The position numbers and the translations under genes were made by a program. DNA of 64,000 bases from Rhina ancylostomus (taxonomy: Eukaryota), in NCBI GenBank assembly GCA_030265395.1, contig JARFYF010000084.1, forward strand, positions 74,600,065-74,664,064. Reading direction: 5' to 3'. Of this stretch, positions 27,530 through 40,182 are shown piece after piece. Each line of letters opens with the position of its first letter. The stretch's first letter is position 1. A model generated the notes under the pieces. That model ran no database searches. It saw only the letters and a program-made list of their open reading frames with translations, and had not been told where the DNA came from.

Positions 27530-28350
27530 AATGCAAAAACAGAAAACGTTGGAAGTCTCAGCACATCCAGCCACATCTGTGAGAAGAGAAACAGAGTCCA
27601 ACATTTCAGATCGAAGACACTTCATCAGGGTCTGATGAAGACCCTGCAAAGAACATTTGGGTCCTTGGATGGTGGGAAGAGGTAAAGGGACAGGAGTTTC
27701 TTCGTCTGTGATTGCAAGGGAAAGTGCCCTAAGTGGGGAGGCTGGTGGGAATGGAAAAGTGGACCAGATTGTCACAAAGAGAATGGGTCTCTGCAAAATG
27801 TTGAAAGGGGTGGAGAAGAGGCATTTAGTGGTGGGGTCTCTTTAAAGGTGACGGAATTTGCAGACAATCTGTTGAATGCGGAGGCTGGAGAGGTAGAAGG
27901 TGAAAGCCTGGGGAATATCCTTCTATCCTAAAGGAGATGAAATGAGAGGAGAGGCTCAGGAAACAGATGTGGTCAAGGGTTTTGTTAATGATGGCAGAGG
28001 GGAAGCCAAGATTCAGAAAGAAAGACAACATTTCAGAGGCACCAATACAACAAGCCTCATCATCAGAGCAAATGTGACAGAGACAGGAGAACTGGGAGAA
28101 CTGGATGAGAGTCTTTACAGGAGACCGGGTGGGGCAAAGAGTAGTTGAGAGAGATACGAGTCATTTGGCCTCTAATGAATAGCTAGCCCACCTCCTGGAA
28201 TGGATACAGGGAGATCCAGAGTAGAAAGAGAAGAGTCAGACTTACTGTGTAAAGGTGAGGGCAGCATGGAAATTGGCAACAAAAGTAATGAAATTATCAA
28301 GTGCTGGAAGCAGTCATCACTGTACTGGAAAATGGTTTGGAGAAGCAAAA
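27530..28350 (-). mobile_element. Penelope-like (Neptune-type) retroelement remnant: RT C-half, Cys linker, terminal repeat with hammerhead core
   Basis: Reverse strand, frameshifted: FQYSDDC (YxDD), SDSSLSTLDLPVSI, LNYSLPHPVSCKDS, CHICSDDE, SFFLNLGFPSAIINKTLDHI, GTFPCNHRRRNSCPF, TIQGPK; then CTGATGA..GAAA and ccacagatg-type terminal repeat sequence. Confidence 0.85.
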
Positions 28351-28784
28351 CTTGCAGTGGAGAGCTTAAGTTCAATTAGTTCATTAAATCTGGAATGAAC
28401 ATCTGGAATCTAAGTAAACATGACTATCAGACATCCCATCCTGACTCTTGCATGTGTGATAGTGTCATCAATGGTCAGAATCCAACCAAAGAGCACTGAG
28501 GGAAAGAATACTGTGTCAGCAATATCTACATCTAGGGTCAATTCTTTGTGAAAAGAAATCAAGTAAACAAGGCAATGGCGTTTCCACTGTCAGGATGGCC
28601 AGAAAACAGAAAGCACAGATTTAAAGCAATCAGGAAAGGTACCAAAGTATATTTCTGCAGGAAAATCTGCACAGCAATTGTGAGGGAGAGGAATTAGATA
28701 AGTCAGTCCAAATTTCCTGTCCTTCTTCACATGGACATCAGAAACAGGAAAACACACTCCAAGCTGCAGAGCTTGTACTGAATT

Positions 28785-29385
28785 CACAGATTCATAGTTG
28801 TACAGCACGGAACCAGGCCCTTTAGCCCAACTTGTCCATGCCAAGATACCTTTCTATGCTAATCCCGCTTACCTGCCTTTGGCCTATAACCCTCTAAACC
28901 TTTCCTATCCATGTGCCTGTCCAAATGCCTTACAAACGCTGTAATTTTACCCACCTCTACNNNNNNNNNNNNNNNNNNNNNNNNNNNNNNNNNNNNNNNN
29001 NNNNNNNNNNNNNNNNNNNNNNNNNNNNNNNNNNNNNNNNNNNNNNNNNNNNNNNNNNNNTACAAACGCTGTAATTTTACCCACCTCTACCACTTCCTCT
29101 GGCAGCTCATTCCATATACCCATCACCCTCTGTTTAGAGAAACTTGCCCCTTAGGTTCCCTTTAAATTTTTCCCCTCTTATCTTAAACCTATGCCTTCAA
29201 GTTTTAGGCTCCCCCACCCTGGGGGAAAAGAATGTGACCATTATCTATGTTGCTCATAATTGGTATACACCTCTATGGTCACCCCTCAGCCTCCTTCCCT
29301 CCAGGGAAGACAGTCCCAAGCCTATCCAATATCTCCATACAACTCAAGCCCTTCAGTCCTGGTAACATTCCCATGAATGTTTTCT
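28785..29385 (-). mobile_element. CR1-clade LINE 3' end (with 100-N gap)
   Basis: RHLDRHMDRKGLEGY remnant; tail gggctaaagggcctggttccgtgctgtacaactatga. Confidence 0.85.
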
Positions 29386-29724
29386 GCATGAATTCTCCTC
29401 TGAGCCATTTACCTGCAATGCTCCAGCACCAACAACATTTTTCCATTTCAGTCCTGAAAGCTTTGATTGCTGAAGCATTAAAGAGGAAGTAGACAACCTT
29501 AGGAAAGATCACGGCATTGAAGACTATAGGAGAGGTATGGAAGAGGAGGAGATGAGGTCTGAGGGTTGATTAAATCATGATCATATTGAATAGTGGGGCA
29601 GGCTTGAGGGGCCAAGTGGCCTACTCTTGCTCCTATTTTCTAATACTCGTAAGAGAAAGCACCAGAACACCAAGTTCCATAATATGATGGAACAAGCTTA
29701 GGTGCATTATTAATAAACTAACAA

Positions 29725-30030
29725 CAACATAAGAAACATGGGCAGGAATTGCCCTTTCAATCCTGTTCTACCATTTTTCCAAAGTTTTCCAGCACTATTC
29801 CCACAATCTCCAATTCCCTTAATATCCAGAAATCGATCAGTCTCTGTTTTGAATGAACGTAATGACCGAGCCTCCATAGGCCTCCAGGTTATAGAATTCC
29901 AAGGGTTCACCAGCCTCAGTGTGAAATAATTTCTCCTCTTCTCAATGCAAAGTGGCCTCCCCTTCCTCCTCACACACTGTCCCCTGGTCAAAGATACCTC
30001 ATTCAGGGAAAACATCCACCCTGCATCTAA
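29725..30030 (-). mobile_element. CR1-clade LINE 3' end
   Basis: EKRRNYFTLRLVNPWNS..FKTETDRFLDIKGI peptide; (CTTATGTT)-like tail. Confidence 0.8.
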
Positions 30031-30377
30031 TAGTTATTCACTGACAAGCTACAGCTCTCAACACCTCAGCTTCAGGTTTGACTGATTTCTCCCACAGCCT
30101 CCACCAGTCTAAATGACAGCGCATCCTCTCCAAACACCAAGATCAAAGGGTTACCGAGTCATGTGAAAACACAACTACAATGTGGTGCCTAATCTGACCC
30201 TTGCACACGTATTGCAATTTCAACACTAAATTAACCACTAAAAAAAGTCATTAAACAACATAAGCTGCAACATGAATAAAAAACTTTTTGGAGATGCTTA
30301 TGATGTATTTGTAGTCTAGAGACATGGGTGCATTTGGGGTGTAGAGTATGTTCCCAGGCATTGTGCACAGAGGCTCA

Positions 30378-30612
30378 TCTGGTAACGCAGCGGTTAGCAG
30401 TATGCTATTACAGCGCCAGTGATCGGGGGTCGATTCCCGCTGCCTGTAAGGAGTTTGTACGTTCTCCCTTGTCTGCGTGGGTTTCCTCTGGGTGCTCCAG
30501 TTTCCTCCCACATTCCAAAGACGTACGGGTTGGTAAACATGGGGGTTTGAAATGTGTGGCACGGACTTGATGAGCTAAAAGGGCCTGTTACCACGCTGTA
30601 AATAAAATTAAT
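30378..30612 (+). mobile_element. Short V-SINE, near full length, CpG-retaining (young)
   Basis: tRNA-like head with A/B-box-like motifs (gcagcggttagc; ggtcgattcccg), V-domain, tail gggcctgttaccacgctgtaaataaaattt. Confidence 0.85.
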
Positions 30613-30896
30613 TAAAAAGTCCTAAATCAGCCAGGAGCCATCTGAGATCTTAAAGTAAGCATCCATTCATCACCCTTGTGCCTGGGAATTGCATGGCTGA
30701 AGGCTATTTCACTCTGGGAGAAATCACAATAGAGCTTAGTCAAATGCTCACCTGACACCTATTCTTGTATACTAAATTGGCAGGTTTTTTTGGATTGCAA
30801 ATCAGTCTGCCCATTCTTCAGCCAGGGTCACCAAAAGTGCTTACAAAGGAGGTCTGTTAACTCAACACAGACCTAAATCATTTGGTAGTGCAGGAT

Positions 30897-31275
30897 TTGG
30901 TATTGGTATTGGTATTAGTTTATTATTGTCACTTGTACCGAGGTACTGTGAAAAGCTTGACTTACAAACCGATCGTACGGGTCAATTCATTACACAGTGT
31001 AGTTAGCACAAAGTGCATTGATGTAGTACGAAACAGTAACAGTACAGAATAAAGTGTCACAGCTACAGAGAAAGTGCAGTGCAATAAGGGGCAAGGTCAC
31101 AACAGGGTAGATCGTGAGGTCCTCATTGTATAAAGGAACCGTTCAATAGTCTTATCACAGTGGGGTAGAAGTTGTCCTTATGCCAGGTGGTATGTGCGCT
31201 CAGGCTCCTGTATCTTCTACCCGATGGAAGAGGAGAGAAGAGAGAATGTCCCGGGTGGGTGGGGTCTTTGATTAT
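30897..31275 (-). mobile_element. Rex1/Babar-like LINE 3' end
   Basis: IIKDPTHPGHSLFSPLPSGRRYRSL..FYPTVIRLLNG; gtgacaataataaac and (AATACC)n tail. Confidence 0.85.
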
Positions 31276-31375
31276 NNNNNNNNNNNNNNNNNNNNNNNNN
31301 NNNNNNNNNNNNNNNNNNNNNNNNNNNNNNNNNNNNNNNNNNNNNNNNNNNNNNNNNNNNNNNNNNNNNNNNNNN

Positions 31376-31520
31376 CTGCGTGGGTTTCCTCTGGGTGCTC
31401 CGGTTTCCTCCCACATTCCAAAGACATACGGGTACGTTAACATGGGTTTAAAATGGGCTGCGCGGACTCGTTGGGCCAGAAAGGTCTGTTACCACGCTCT
31501 AAATAAAATTTTTAAAAATT
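31376..31520 (+). mobile_element. Short V-SINE 3' half
   Basis: ctgcgtgggtttcctctgggtgctccggtttcctcccacattccaaaga plus the same tail as 30378. Confidence 0.85.
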
Positions 31521-32139
31521 TTAAAAGTTTGTCACTTCAGCCAATCTCATTGGCTGCTCCAAAACCTGGCCAGCCACAGCCACAGCCAAGCACGATAGAT
31601 CTCCACCAATGGAAAAAATAAACTCTTGGATCCTAAAGGGACCAGGCTGGATTTCAGCTGGCAAATCTCCCCAGGATGCAGTCAGATTACCCCAGGAGCA
31701 TTCCAATATGAAGCAAATGCTGCAGGAAAGGGTCGAAAATGGAGCACATTTAACTACTGGTTGATAAACCGTTGCACAACTCCACCTGCGTTTATTTGCA
31801 TTCACCCTTCAAAAGCCAAGTCAAGCATGAAGGCACATCCCAGTAAAAGGTTGGGGGTGGGGGGGAGGAGCAGCTGCAGAGGAACCTTCCACGGACTAAA
31901 CAGTAGGCAATGACCTCCCTGCCCTCCAAGCAACATTAAAATATCAGGACTTAAGAGTCCTGATAAAATATCAGGAGGTGGTCTGTTTCTTTCGGCCCAG
32001 CCCAGCAGGTTTAAGTGGTCGACACCAGTTTTATTCTGTTAGAAAGCCACTTTCACTTCAGAATGATACTAACTAAAAGCACAGTAGGGATTCAGAGTTA
32101 TAGACTGACTCCAGATTCACTCCACTTTTATTCTTCGAA

Positions 32140-32510
32140 CCAGGGACAACTGTGGGTGTCACGGCAGTGTAGCAGTAAGTGCAACTGCCCCAGGTTCAAC
32201 CCTGATGTCAGGTGTTTATCTGTATGGAGTCTGCACATTCTCCCTGTGACCATGTGGATTTCTTCCGGGCACTCTGATTTCCTCCCACATCCCAAAGAGC
32301 TGCTGGTAGGTTAACTGGCCACTGTAAATTACCCTGGGTGTGGATGGGTGGCTAAAAGAATCAACAAGAAGTTGATGAGCATGTAGGAGAGAGAAACAAG
32401 TTGAGGGTTACAGGGAAATAAGGAGGGGGAAATGGACTAATAGGATTACTCTGCTGGAAGCCGACATGAACCCAATGGGCTGAATGGCACCCCATCTGTG
32501 ACATTATAAA
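32140..32510 (+). mobile_element. HE1-type V-SINE
   Basis: tggagtctgcacattctccctgtgaccatgtggatttc..cctcccacatcccaaaga. Confidence 0.8.
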
Positions 32511-32564
32511 AATAAGATAAACTCCAGGTTAAATAAGCAAGTAGCAAAATCAGCTGTTATCTAA

Positions 32565-32880
32565 CAATAGTGCAACAGATTCTCAACTCCAGTGACCAGG
32601 TACAATCACAAGCTCTGGTTCTGTCTGTGTGGAATCTGCAAGTTCTTTGTGTGAGAAAATGGATTTTCTCCTGGTGCTCTGGTTTCTTCCCATATGGGTT
32701 GGTAAGTTAATTTGCTACTGTATATCTGCCCCTAGTACAGATGGGGGGGAAAAAACGAGAGAATCAGGGGAAATTAATGGAGTGAAAGAGGGAAAATGAG
32801 ATTGGTGTAAATGGGAGCTCAATCGTCAGCAGTGACACAATGGGCTGAAGGGCCTGTTTACGTGCTGTATGACTGACTCA
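32565..32880 (+). mobile_element. HE1-type V-SINE
   Basis: V-domain plus CR1-like tail gggctgaagggcctgtttacgtgctgtatgact. Confidence 0.8.
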
Positions 32881-32994
32881 AAATGAACTCCAAGTGTTAA
32901 GTGAATAGGGAGCAAGTTGGCCTATAAGATCAATAGAAAGGACAAGTCATTGAGACTAAACTTACATGCCTTCCAGTAACTGACTACAAGTAAG

Positions 32995-33298
32995 CAAAAA
33001 ACAAAGTGCTAGAGGAACTCAGCGGTCAGGCAGCATCTGTGGAAGGAAATGGACAGTCAAGATTTTGAGTCGAGACCCTTCAATTGCACTGAAAGATAGA
33101 GGGGAGATAGGCAGTATAAAGAGGTGAAGGGAAAGGGTGGAGCAAGAGCTGGCCTCTATCTTTCAGTCCAGATGAAGAGTGTCAACCCAAATCATTGACT
33201 GTCCATTTCCCTTCACAGATGCTGCCTGATCCACTGAGTTTCTTCAGCATTTTGTTTGCTGCTCCAGATTCCAACATCTGCAGTCTCTCGTGTCTCCA
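32995..33298. mobile_element. Inverted pair of Penelope-like terminal repeats
   Basis: Arms at about 33003-33101 and 33153-33253 are imperfect reverse complements. Confidence 0.85.
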
Positions 33299-33799
33299 AC
33301 AAGAGTGTTGTTCCACTGCATTAACTTTTCTCTGGAGAGGTTTGAGAGATTTCCCATCTCAGTAGCTGAGGGAATGTGCTCTTACTGCAGCAATTGTTGT
33401 TGGTTTCAGCGAGGGGTAGCAGAAGGTCAGGATGGGCTGACTTGTCATTCAACTTTAAATGTACGACAATCCTGTCAGATTGCCAAGTTTGAAAAGAAAG
33501 TTTCTTCAACACATCACCAATTAAAACAAGTCCAACATTCCTGTCACGTGGAACGTGTACAAATATGTTGATACATCTTTGGAGAGTGCCAATTGTAATT
33601 TGCTTAAAAAATTAAAAAGCACCACAGAGAGATAGAGCAAAAAATACTTCAGATGACCCATGTTTCAGACAGGCCTCTGTACAACTTGCTCCAATTGCAT
33701 TTTGGTTCATTTAACTATTGAATCCTCAATTGTGGACAATGAAATCCCAAATTTCCTGCACTCTCTAACAAGGATTTAGGGAGACCGATGTGTCCAAGA

Positions 33800-34090
33800 A
33801 TGGTGTCGTCGCAACTGGTGCAGCTCTAGTTATCCAGGTTCAATTTTGACCTCGGATGCTGTCCGCATGGAATTTGCACGTTCTCTCCGTGATTCCGCCA
33901 GGTGCTCAGATTTCCTTCCAAACACCTGCCTGTATCAGGAGGTGTAAATTACTCCTTGGTGTAGGTACATGACAGAAGAATCAAAAGGGAAGCTGATGGG
34001 CCTGCAAGAGAGAATTGAGTTGCAGGGCTACAGGAAAACAAGGATGGGACTGATGTGGTTTAACCAGAGGAAACCCACATGGGCACATGT
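33800..34090 (+). mobile_element. Decayed HE1-type V-SINE
   Basis: tggaatttgcacgttctctccgtga..ggtgctcagatttccttcc. Confidence 0.65.
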
Positions 34091-34939
34091 TGCTGGCACT
34101 TTTTTTAAAAACTCCAAAGTTCAAGGCTCAATTCTTATCTTGCATATTCATCTCTTCCTGTGCCACACTATCCTCTTGCATGACCCACTGAATACATTAT
34201 ATCATCTTGTGTGTCAACGTGGTTGAGACATGGAAGTGGTTATGACAACCTGCTCCCAGGCACAAAGCTGTTGACAACTCAGAGGTTGGNNNNNNNNNNN
34301 NNNNNNNNNNNNNNNNNNNNNNNNNNNNNNNNNNNNNNNNNNNNNNNNNNNNNNNNNNNNNNNNNNNNNNNNNNNNNNNNNNNNNNNNNNNNNNNNNNNN
34401 NNNNNNNNNNNNNNNNNNNNNNNNNNNNNNNNNNNNNNNNNNNNNNNNNNNNNNNNNNNNNNNNNNNNNNNNNNNNNNNNNNNNNNNNNNNNNNNNNNNN
34501 NNNNNNNNNNNNNNNNNNNNNNNNNNNNNNNNNNNNNNNNNNNNNNNNNNNNNNNNNNNNNNNNNNNNNNNNNNNNNNNNNNNNNNNNNNNNNCTGTTGC
34601 AATCCATACATATGCTGGAGTCAGAAGAGACTGCAGTAGAGCAGGGGTGGAGTTGGGAGACAGTGGACTGTCTATTTAATAGAAGTGGCCTTAGTAGAGC
34701 TTGACATTTTAAATGTTTGTTTATATTTTACTATACTTTGCTTGAAGCAGTGAACCATAAATAACTGTGTCATTAATGGAATAGGTAGGGTTTCAAAACT
34801 TGATTTTCCCCCCCCCATTATTGACGCAAGTGTATGCAAATTCAATAAGGACATTTTCTTGTAATTGAATTCTTGCAATTGAAGTTCCCAGAAGGAGGTG
34901 GGATGGGGGAGTTGCTTATCCATCAATTTTTAATTAAAT

Positions 34940-35230
34940 CTGTTTATTATTGTCACATGTACTGAGGGCTAGTGAAAAACCATGCCACCCATACAGATGA
35001 ATTCATTACAACATTGCATTGAGTTAGTACAAGGGAAAGCAGCAAGAGAATAAAGAATAAAATGTTACAGTTACAGAGAAAGCACAGAGCAGGCAGACAA
35101 TAAGGTGCAAGGCCAGTCCATATTATCATACTATAATAGTGGGATAGAAGCTGTCCTTAAGCCTGGTGATACGCTCTTTCAGCCTTTTGTACCTTCTGCC
35201 CAATGGGAGTTGGTGGGGAGAGAAGAGTAT
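34940..35230 (-). mobile_element. Rex1/Babar-like LINE 3' end
   Basis: Same 3' UTR as 30897 and 56798 (gtttattattgtcacatgtac..gatagaagctgtcctt). Confidence 0.8.
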
Positions 35231-38200
35231 TACTAAAACTTAAAACATCTGAGAACTTAATTGGCTCACTAACACTCTTCAGGAGAGGAAATAGCCAACT
35301 CACCAGTGACATTCCTACACATTAGTCCCATCTCATTTGAACTCGATGTCCTCTCAAATGCCCTGAAAAGCCTCACAATTGTAAAAACAATTACTCCCAA
35401 CAGTTCAAGGGAAGACTGTTGCAGCAAATCTTCTTGACAATCAAGGACTTGTGTAAATGTACCCATACTGTGAATCAAATTCAAAGTTTAACGGATAGGG
35501 ATCAATGGAAAATTGCCTGTGAATGGTTCCAAGGTTAAGACAACCCATGCACAAACCCAGGCAATGGATCTCTTTTGTTTTGAAACTGTCTTCAATGTGC
35601 TGCATGGCCAAATGGCAATATTAAAGCAGTAATTTGTGAAAGGCAGATGTTTAGCATCAAAATTTTGGCATGCAGCCCAACTAATTAAAAGGGTCTTACA
35701 TCAAACCTGTACTCCCAGATCTTTCTGATAAAAAAAGACACAACCAGAGGCAACCAAAATAAGGATCAATTTCATAACCAAAATGGTAGCACTGATAGGT
35801 TGAAATGGAAAACGTCATTATTGTATGTGCTTCAAAAGCACTTTGCACCTGTTCTTGGCTCAGTGTTTCAGTACATTTAGTGTTGGCTGCAATGCCTTTA
35901 ATATAAAAACCACAGAATAAATGGAAAAAGGATTTAAAAAATAAAGCCAGAAAATTAATAGCCACATCAAGCAGTTAACCCATCTGTGTTTTCTGTTCGC
36001 TATGTAGGCTGCTCAAATACCTGATCAAGTGACAAAAGTAAGCTGAAATTATGCTCAGCGACTCAGCTTACCATCACCTGCCTTCATCCAAATCTGCCAA
36101 CAACTTTATTTTGCACTACAAACAAATGTGGGGAAACAAAAAAAATGCATTTTGCAACTGAGGTTAATATTTGCTGTTTCAATAGATTCTGCAGTATTTT
36201 CTTCAGTGTTGCACCTTGTGCTGTGCAGATTCCTAACACATGAATCAGCTTCTTACCACAACATCACACCAGCCTACTTGCGGTAATAGATGGGAGGAGC
36301 ATCACTCACCTAGAGTCCAACCATTTGTAATCACACTTCAAATATCCCACACATTTGAGGTCAAAGCACAATATTCATCAGCAAAATGAACTGGAACATC
36401 TTTGAAGGCAGCCTGAGCTTACAGGAATGGGAGGACAATAAAAAAGTGGATGTGCAGATTGATCTCCCGTTTACAAGCAACAAGAGAGTGACTTTTGGAT
36501 ATTTTGCTCACGTGCCACTCAGGAGACTAAAAGCCTACCAGCTGCAGGCACCTCTAGACTCAGATCAGCCACTGTGTCTTATGTGATGAAGAATCTGCCA
36601 ACTATAGACAATTATCCAATTTGCACAGAACTTCCAAGTAATATCAGCTAATCCTTAGAGCAATGAAAGTGTGTTGGAACATTAAAATCCTTTTGATTGT
36701 GGTTGGCTGACCAGCAAACAAAAAGTTAATTTCCAGGCCTACCAAGCGTTCACCTTCATCGAAATTGCTGCGTACTGTAAACCTGTGGAAGTTGGATGCT
36801 TGGTGGTAGAATAGTTCACAGTAAAGAACAAAATGACAAAACTATCTTTATTTTCAACCAGTTATATGACCACCCTGAGTTAATTTTCCCTAATTATGTT
36901 AGTAGCTCATTATTACCCACTTTCATACTTGAAAGCATACCCAAAGGATAGCAGGAACAAAAAAAAATTGGTTACTCAGATTGAAGAAAAACTTGTAGAA
37001 ACATAAAAGATACTTGGCTCTTGTATATATCCAGCAGTGCACTAACGCAGATTTTAAAGAATCTGAATATGTATAGAGCAGAATTCTTGAACCCAAATAA
37101 ACAAATCATCCAGTTTAAGAGCTTGTCATGCTCCACCCAGATTGTCCCAAATAATTACTTCATAATCAATGCCCAACACATTCAAGAAATGTCTTCAGTC
37201 AATAGTATAGAACATTGCAAAGTCTGAGGTTTCCTCTCTTACACAAGACAGAATGGCACTGTTGCAAAGCAATTAGTACCACTGCTTCAGAGCTCCAGGA
37301 ACCTGAGTTGCCTGTCTGGAGTTTGCATATTATCCCCTTGGGTGTTCTCGTTTCCTTCTACATCCTAATGTAGCAAAAAGAAACAGAAGCAGGGTGACGA
37401 GCATATGAGAGAGAGACATTAAACCAAGGTCCCATGATTTCTTAACATCCTTTTATAGAAAACTGCCTGTGTGCTCTGGACTATGCATACCTTTCAATTA
37501 ACTACTACAAATTGATAAATGGACTATTAACTTATTTCTGTAAGGGCTTTGATGTGCATGAAGTGGATTCCCTATTTTCCCCACAGCTTCTAAATGGTCC
37601 CATTAGCTGCAAAACACAGATATTTTGAAGTCATACAAGTATTTTTTTCCCCTTTTCAATTTAGGCAGAAAGAAAAATGTTCTCCAAGAAATGGATGATG
37701 CACATTTCTGGGTTGCATCTTGCTCTTAGGATGATTGGACGTGACAGCACAATTGGCCAATCCTGAATCTGATGCTCACTGATATTTGACACAGCACAAC
37801 TTCGCACACCCTCCCTAGAGAGGAAAAACTTCAGCCTTTGCTGTTCAGCCTTGATGTCTCTCAAGAATCATCTTCTTCTTTCTATCCTGAGGTGACCAGA
37901 ATAGAAGGTGGGTCTGATATAAGAATGGTGTAGTCTCATTGCTCATTTGGATGTACACTCTTTTTCTGCAGCACTATTCATTCTAAGTAGAAATGCCGAC
38001 AGTTCATAAATCTATATACTAACATCCAGATCCTTTCATTCATCAGGGTTTTTATTCTGCTTATGAAGGCCATGCATGCTACAGAAGAAATTGGTGCTCT
38101 TCCCACTGCAGACGTTCATTGTCAGCACAAATCCTGCAGTGCACTGCCAAATACAGAGCAAAGCAATGGCTTAGTGCAGTATCACCATGGGCAACACACC

Positions 38201-39823
38201 TCCTTCACTGCTGCAAAAGGCCTTGACCACTCCAATTTACCAAACCAACCAAGTCTAAGATCTCTACCTCACCTGGTTTGGATTTAAATCCAAAGCCTGG
38301 AGATAAAAAGCTGTCAAGTAAACTACACCAAGTTCCTTTAGGGTACTCTTGACCTTGGGCTATTTATCACATATCCCTCTGTGCTCTCAAAGTAACTACT
38401 TAACATTTTTCCCCACTGAAAAGTAAAGCCCATTTGGCTCTGTTACCTAAAACTGCTAATCTTTTTGAACCAGATGCTTATATTTGTTCACCCTTGAGTA
38501 AGTCTGTTTATAAATACATCATAGGTTATTTGTATGAATGAGAAGGAAGAAAGATTGTCAACAACTCCTGAGGTGGGCCACTTGTAACCACTTCCCAGCC
38601 AGAAAAAAAACTACTTTCTTTATTCTTAAGAAGGTTCTTGATTCAAACCATACTTTAGAACTTAAGCTGTGCTTTGGAAGAGGTGCTTGCAATAGTTGGA
38701 AGCAATGCCTAACAAGAGCCCTGATTCCCTGCTTGGATGGATATAACAGCTCCACTGCACTAAGGAAAAGTAGGTGAGTTCCCACACATTCCAGGACGAC
38801 ATTTAGCCATCAAATTACAAGGAACCAGACTAACAAGTCACTTATCTTATTGCTGCTTTTATGACAACTCTACCATAAACAAAATTAATTAATCATGATG
38901 TACCCGAGGACTCGCTGGGAATACCAAAGCTGATTTATAAACATATGTTCGTTTCCTGTCTCATGACAGACAAAATCTGAAGCTCCTTAATCATTAATTT
39001 GGATTGTCATCCAAAAGCTTATGCAATTCAAAAATATNNNNNNNNNNNNNNNNNNNNNCCACTTAAAGTGAAGTTTCGTTTTCTTCATATTGTAAGTTCA
39101 CACCACCACCACAATGGCAAACTGAGGAACACTGATGTAGCCCATTTCACACTGTCCATGTGTTACACTTTCCCAGCATTCACTTATTAAACATTTCAAC
39201 TATTTTCCCCAACTGCAATTGTTTAACTTAGCAGGACACCATTCCCAGGTATGTTCTATCAAGTTTTAAGATAGAGTAAGATCATGTGTGGAATTTTCCA
39301 AACCTGAAGTCAGCACAGCTGAAAATATTCCCAACTCATAAACCACACCACCATCCATAGAGGAGTTTCCCAGTATCTTTGCCAACATTACTCCATCAAC
39401 CATCAATAATAGAAACTGAGTGCATGACCACTTCATTGTTATTTGTGATTCAGTAATACGCATCCCCGGCTGCTAAGTTTCAGGTGCAAGTTCAAAAAAT
39501 AATATTGGCTATTAACCAATTTCCCAAGATCATAACAAGGTGTTTTAAGAATGTCTGTTTCCTTACCTTTTAAAACTCCTACAACTTGACATTTTCAGCA
39601 TTACCCTGTCATGCTATTACAGAAAACTGTTTCGAGAGACTTTCCCACCCTTCCTCTGTACAAATTTGAATTAAATCTTGCAATAATTCTCTGCCACAAA
39701 GCAAACAAAAAAATACATAACAGTTCACACATCAGTATGGTAAACATTATTAAAATCCTAGGGGCCATGTCTAAAGTAAACATCCAATAAACCAGCATCC
39801 TACTCTATATATCTATTTTTATT

Positions 39824-39825
<2 letters not shown>

Positions 39826-39854
<29 letters not shown>
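39826..39854. repeat. (TG)n microsatellite, about 14 units
   Basis: Read directly from the sequence. Confidence 0.95.
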
Positions 39855-40182
39855 TGCAAGTTTGGTGTACAGTTAGAGCCAGGGTCCATCTGCATCTGCA
39901 GGCAGAGTCTTCAGCCAGGTCTAGGGTTAGGGTCTGATGAGTTTTTAAATATTTTCTGCTCCTTAAAACTCACTGGGTTTACTAGAAAAATATGTAACAT
40001 TTTTTTTAAAATGAAACAACTGTGTTTAGGCATTAATAGGAGTAACACACTGTACAATAGTCTGGAAAATCTGCTAGCCCAGCATTATTTAGTCCCAAGG
40101 GTGCTGGATTATTGGAGGTTTACAGCATTTTAAAATTTTTTGTTGTATATGGTGGCTCGGAGCTTTGCATAACTTAGTGTTA

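Noticed and set aside
28931-29090. 30-bp exact direct repeat
   Set aside because: It flanks another 100-N gap; assembly overlap artefact.
30378-30450. tRNA-like A/B boxes as a tRNA gene
   Set aside because: They run directly into the V-SINE domain and I could not fold a cloverleaf; this is a SINE head.
39918-39945. TAGGGTTAGGG telomere-like motif next to CTGATGAG
   Set aside because: Fewer than two full telomere units, and no stem II or GAAA follows, so it is neither an interstitial telomere nor a hammerhead.
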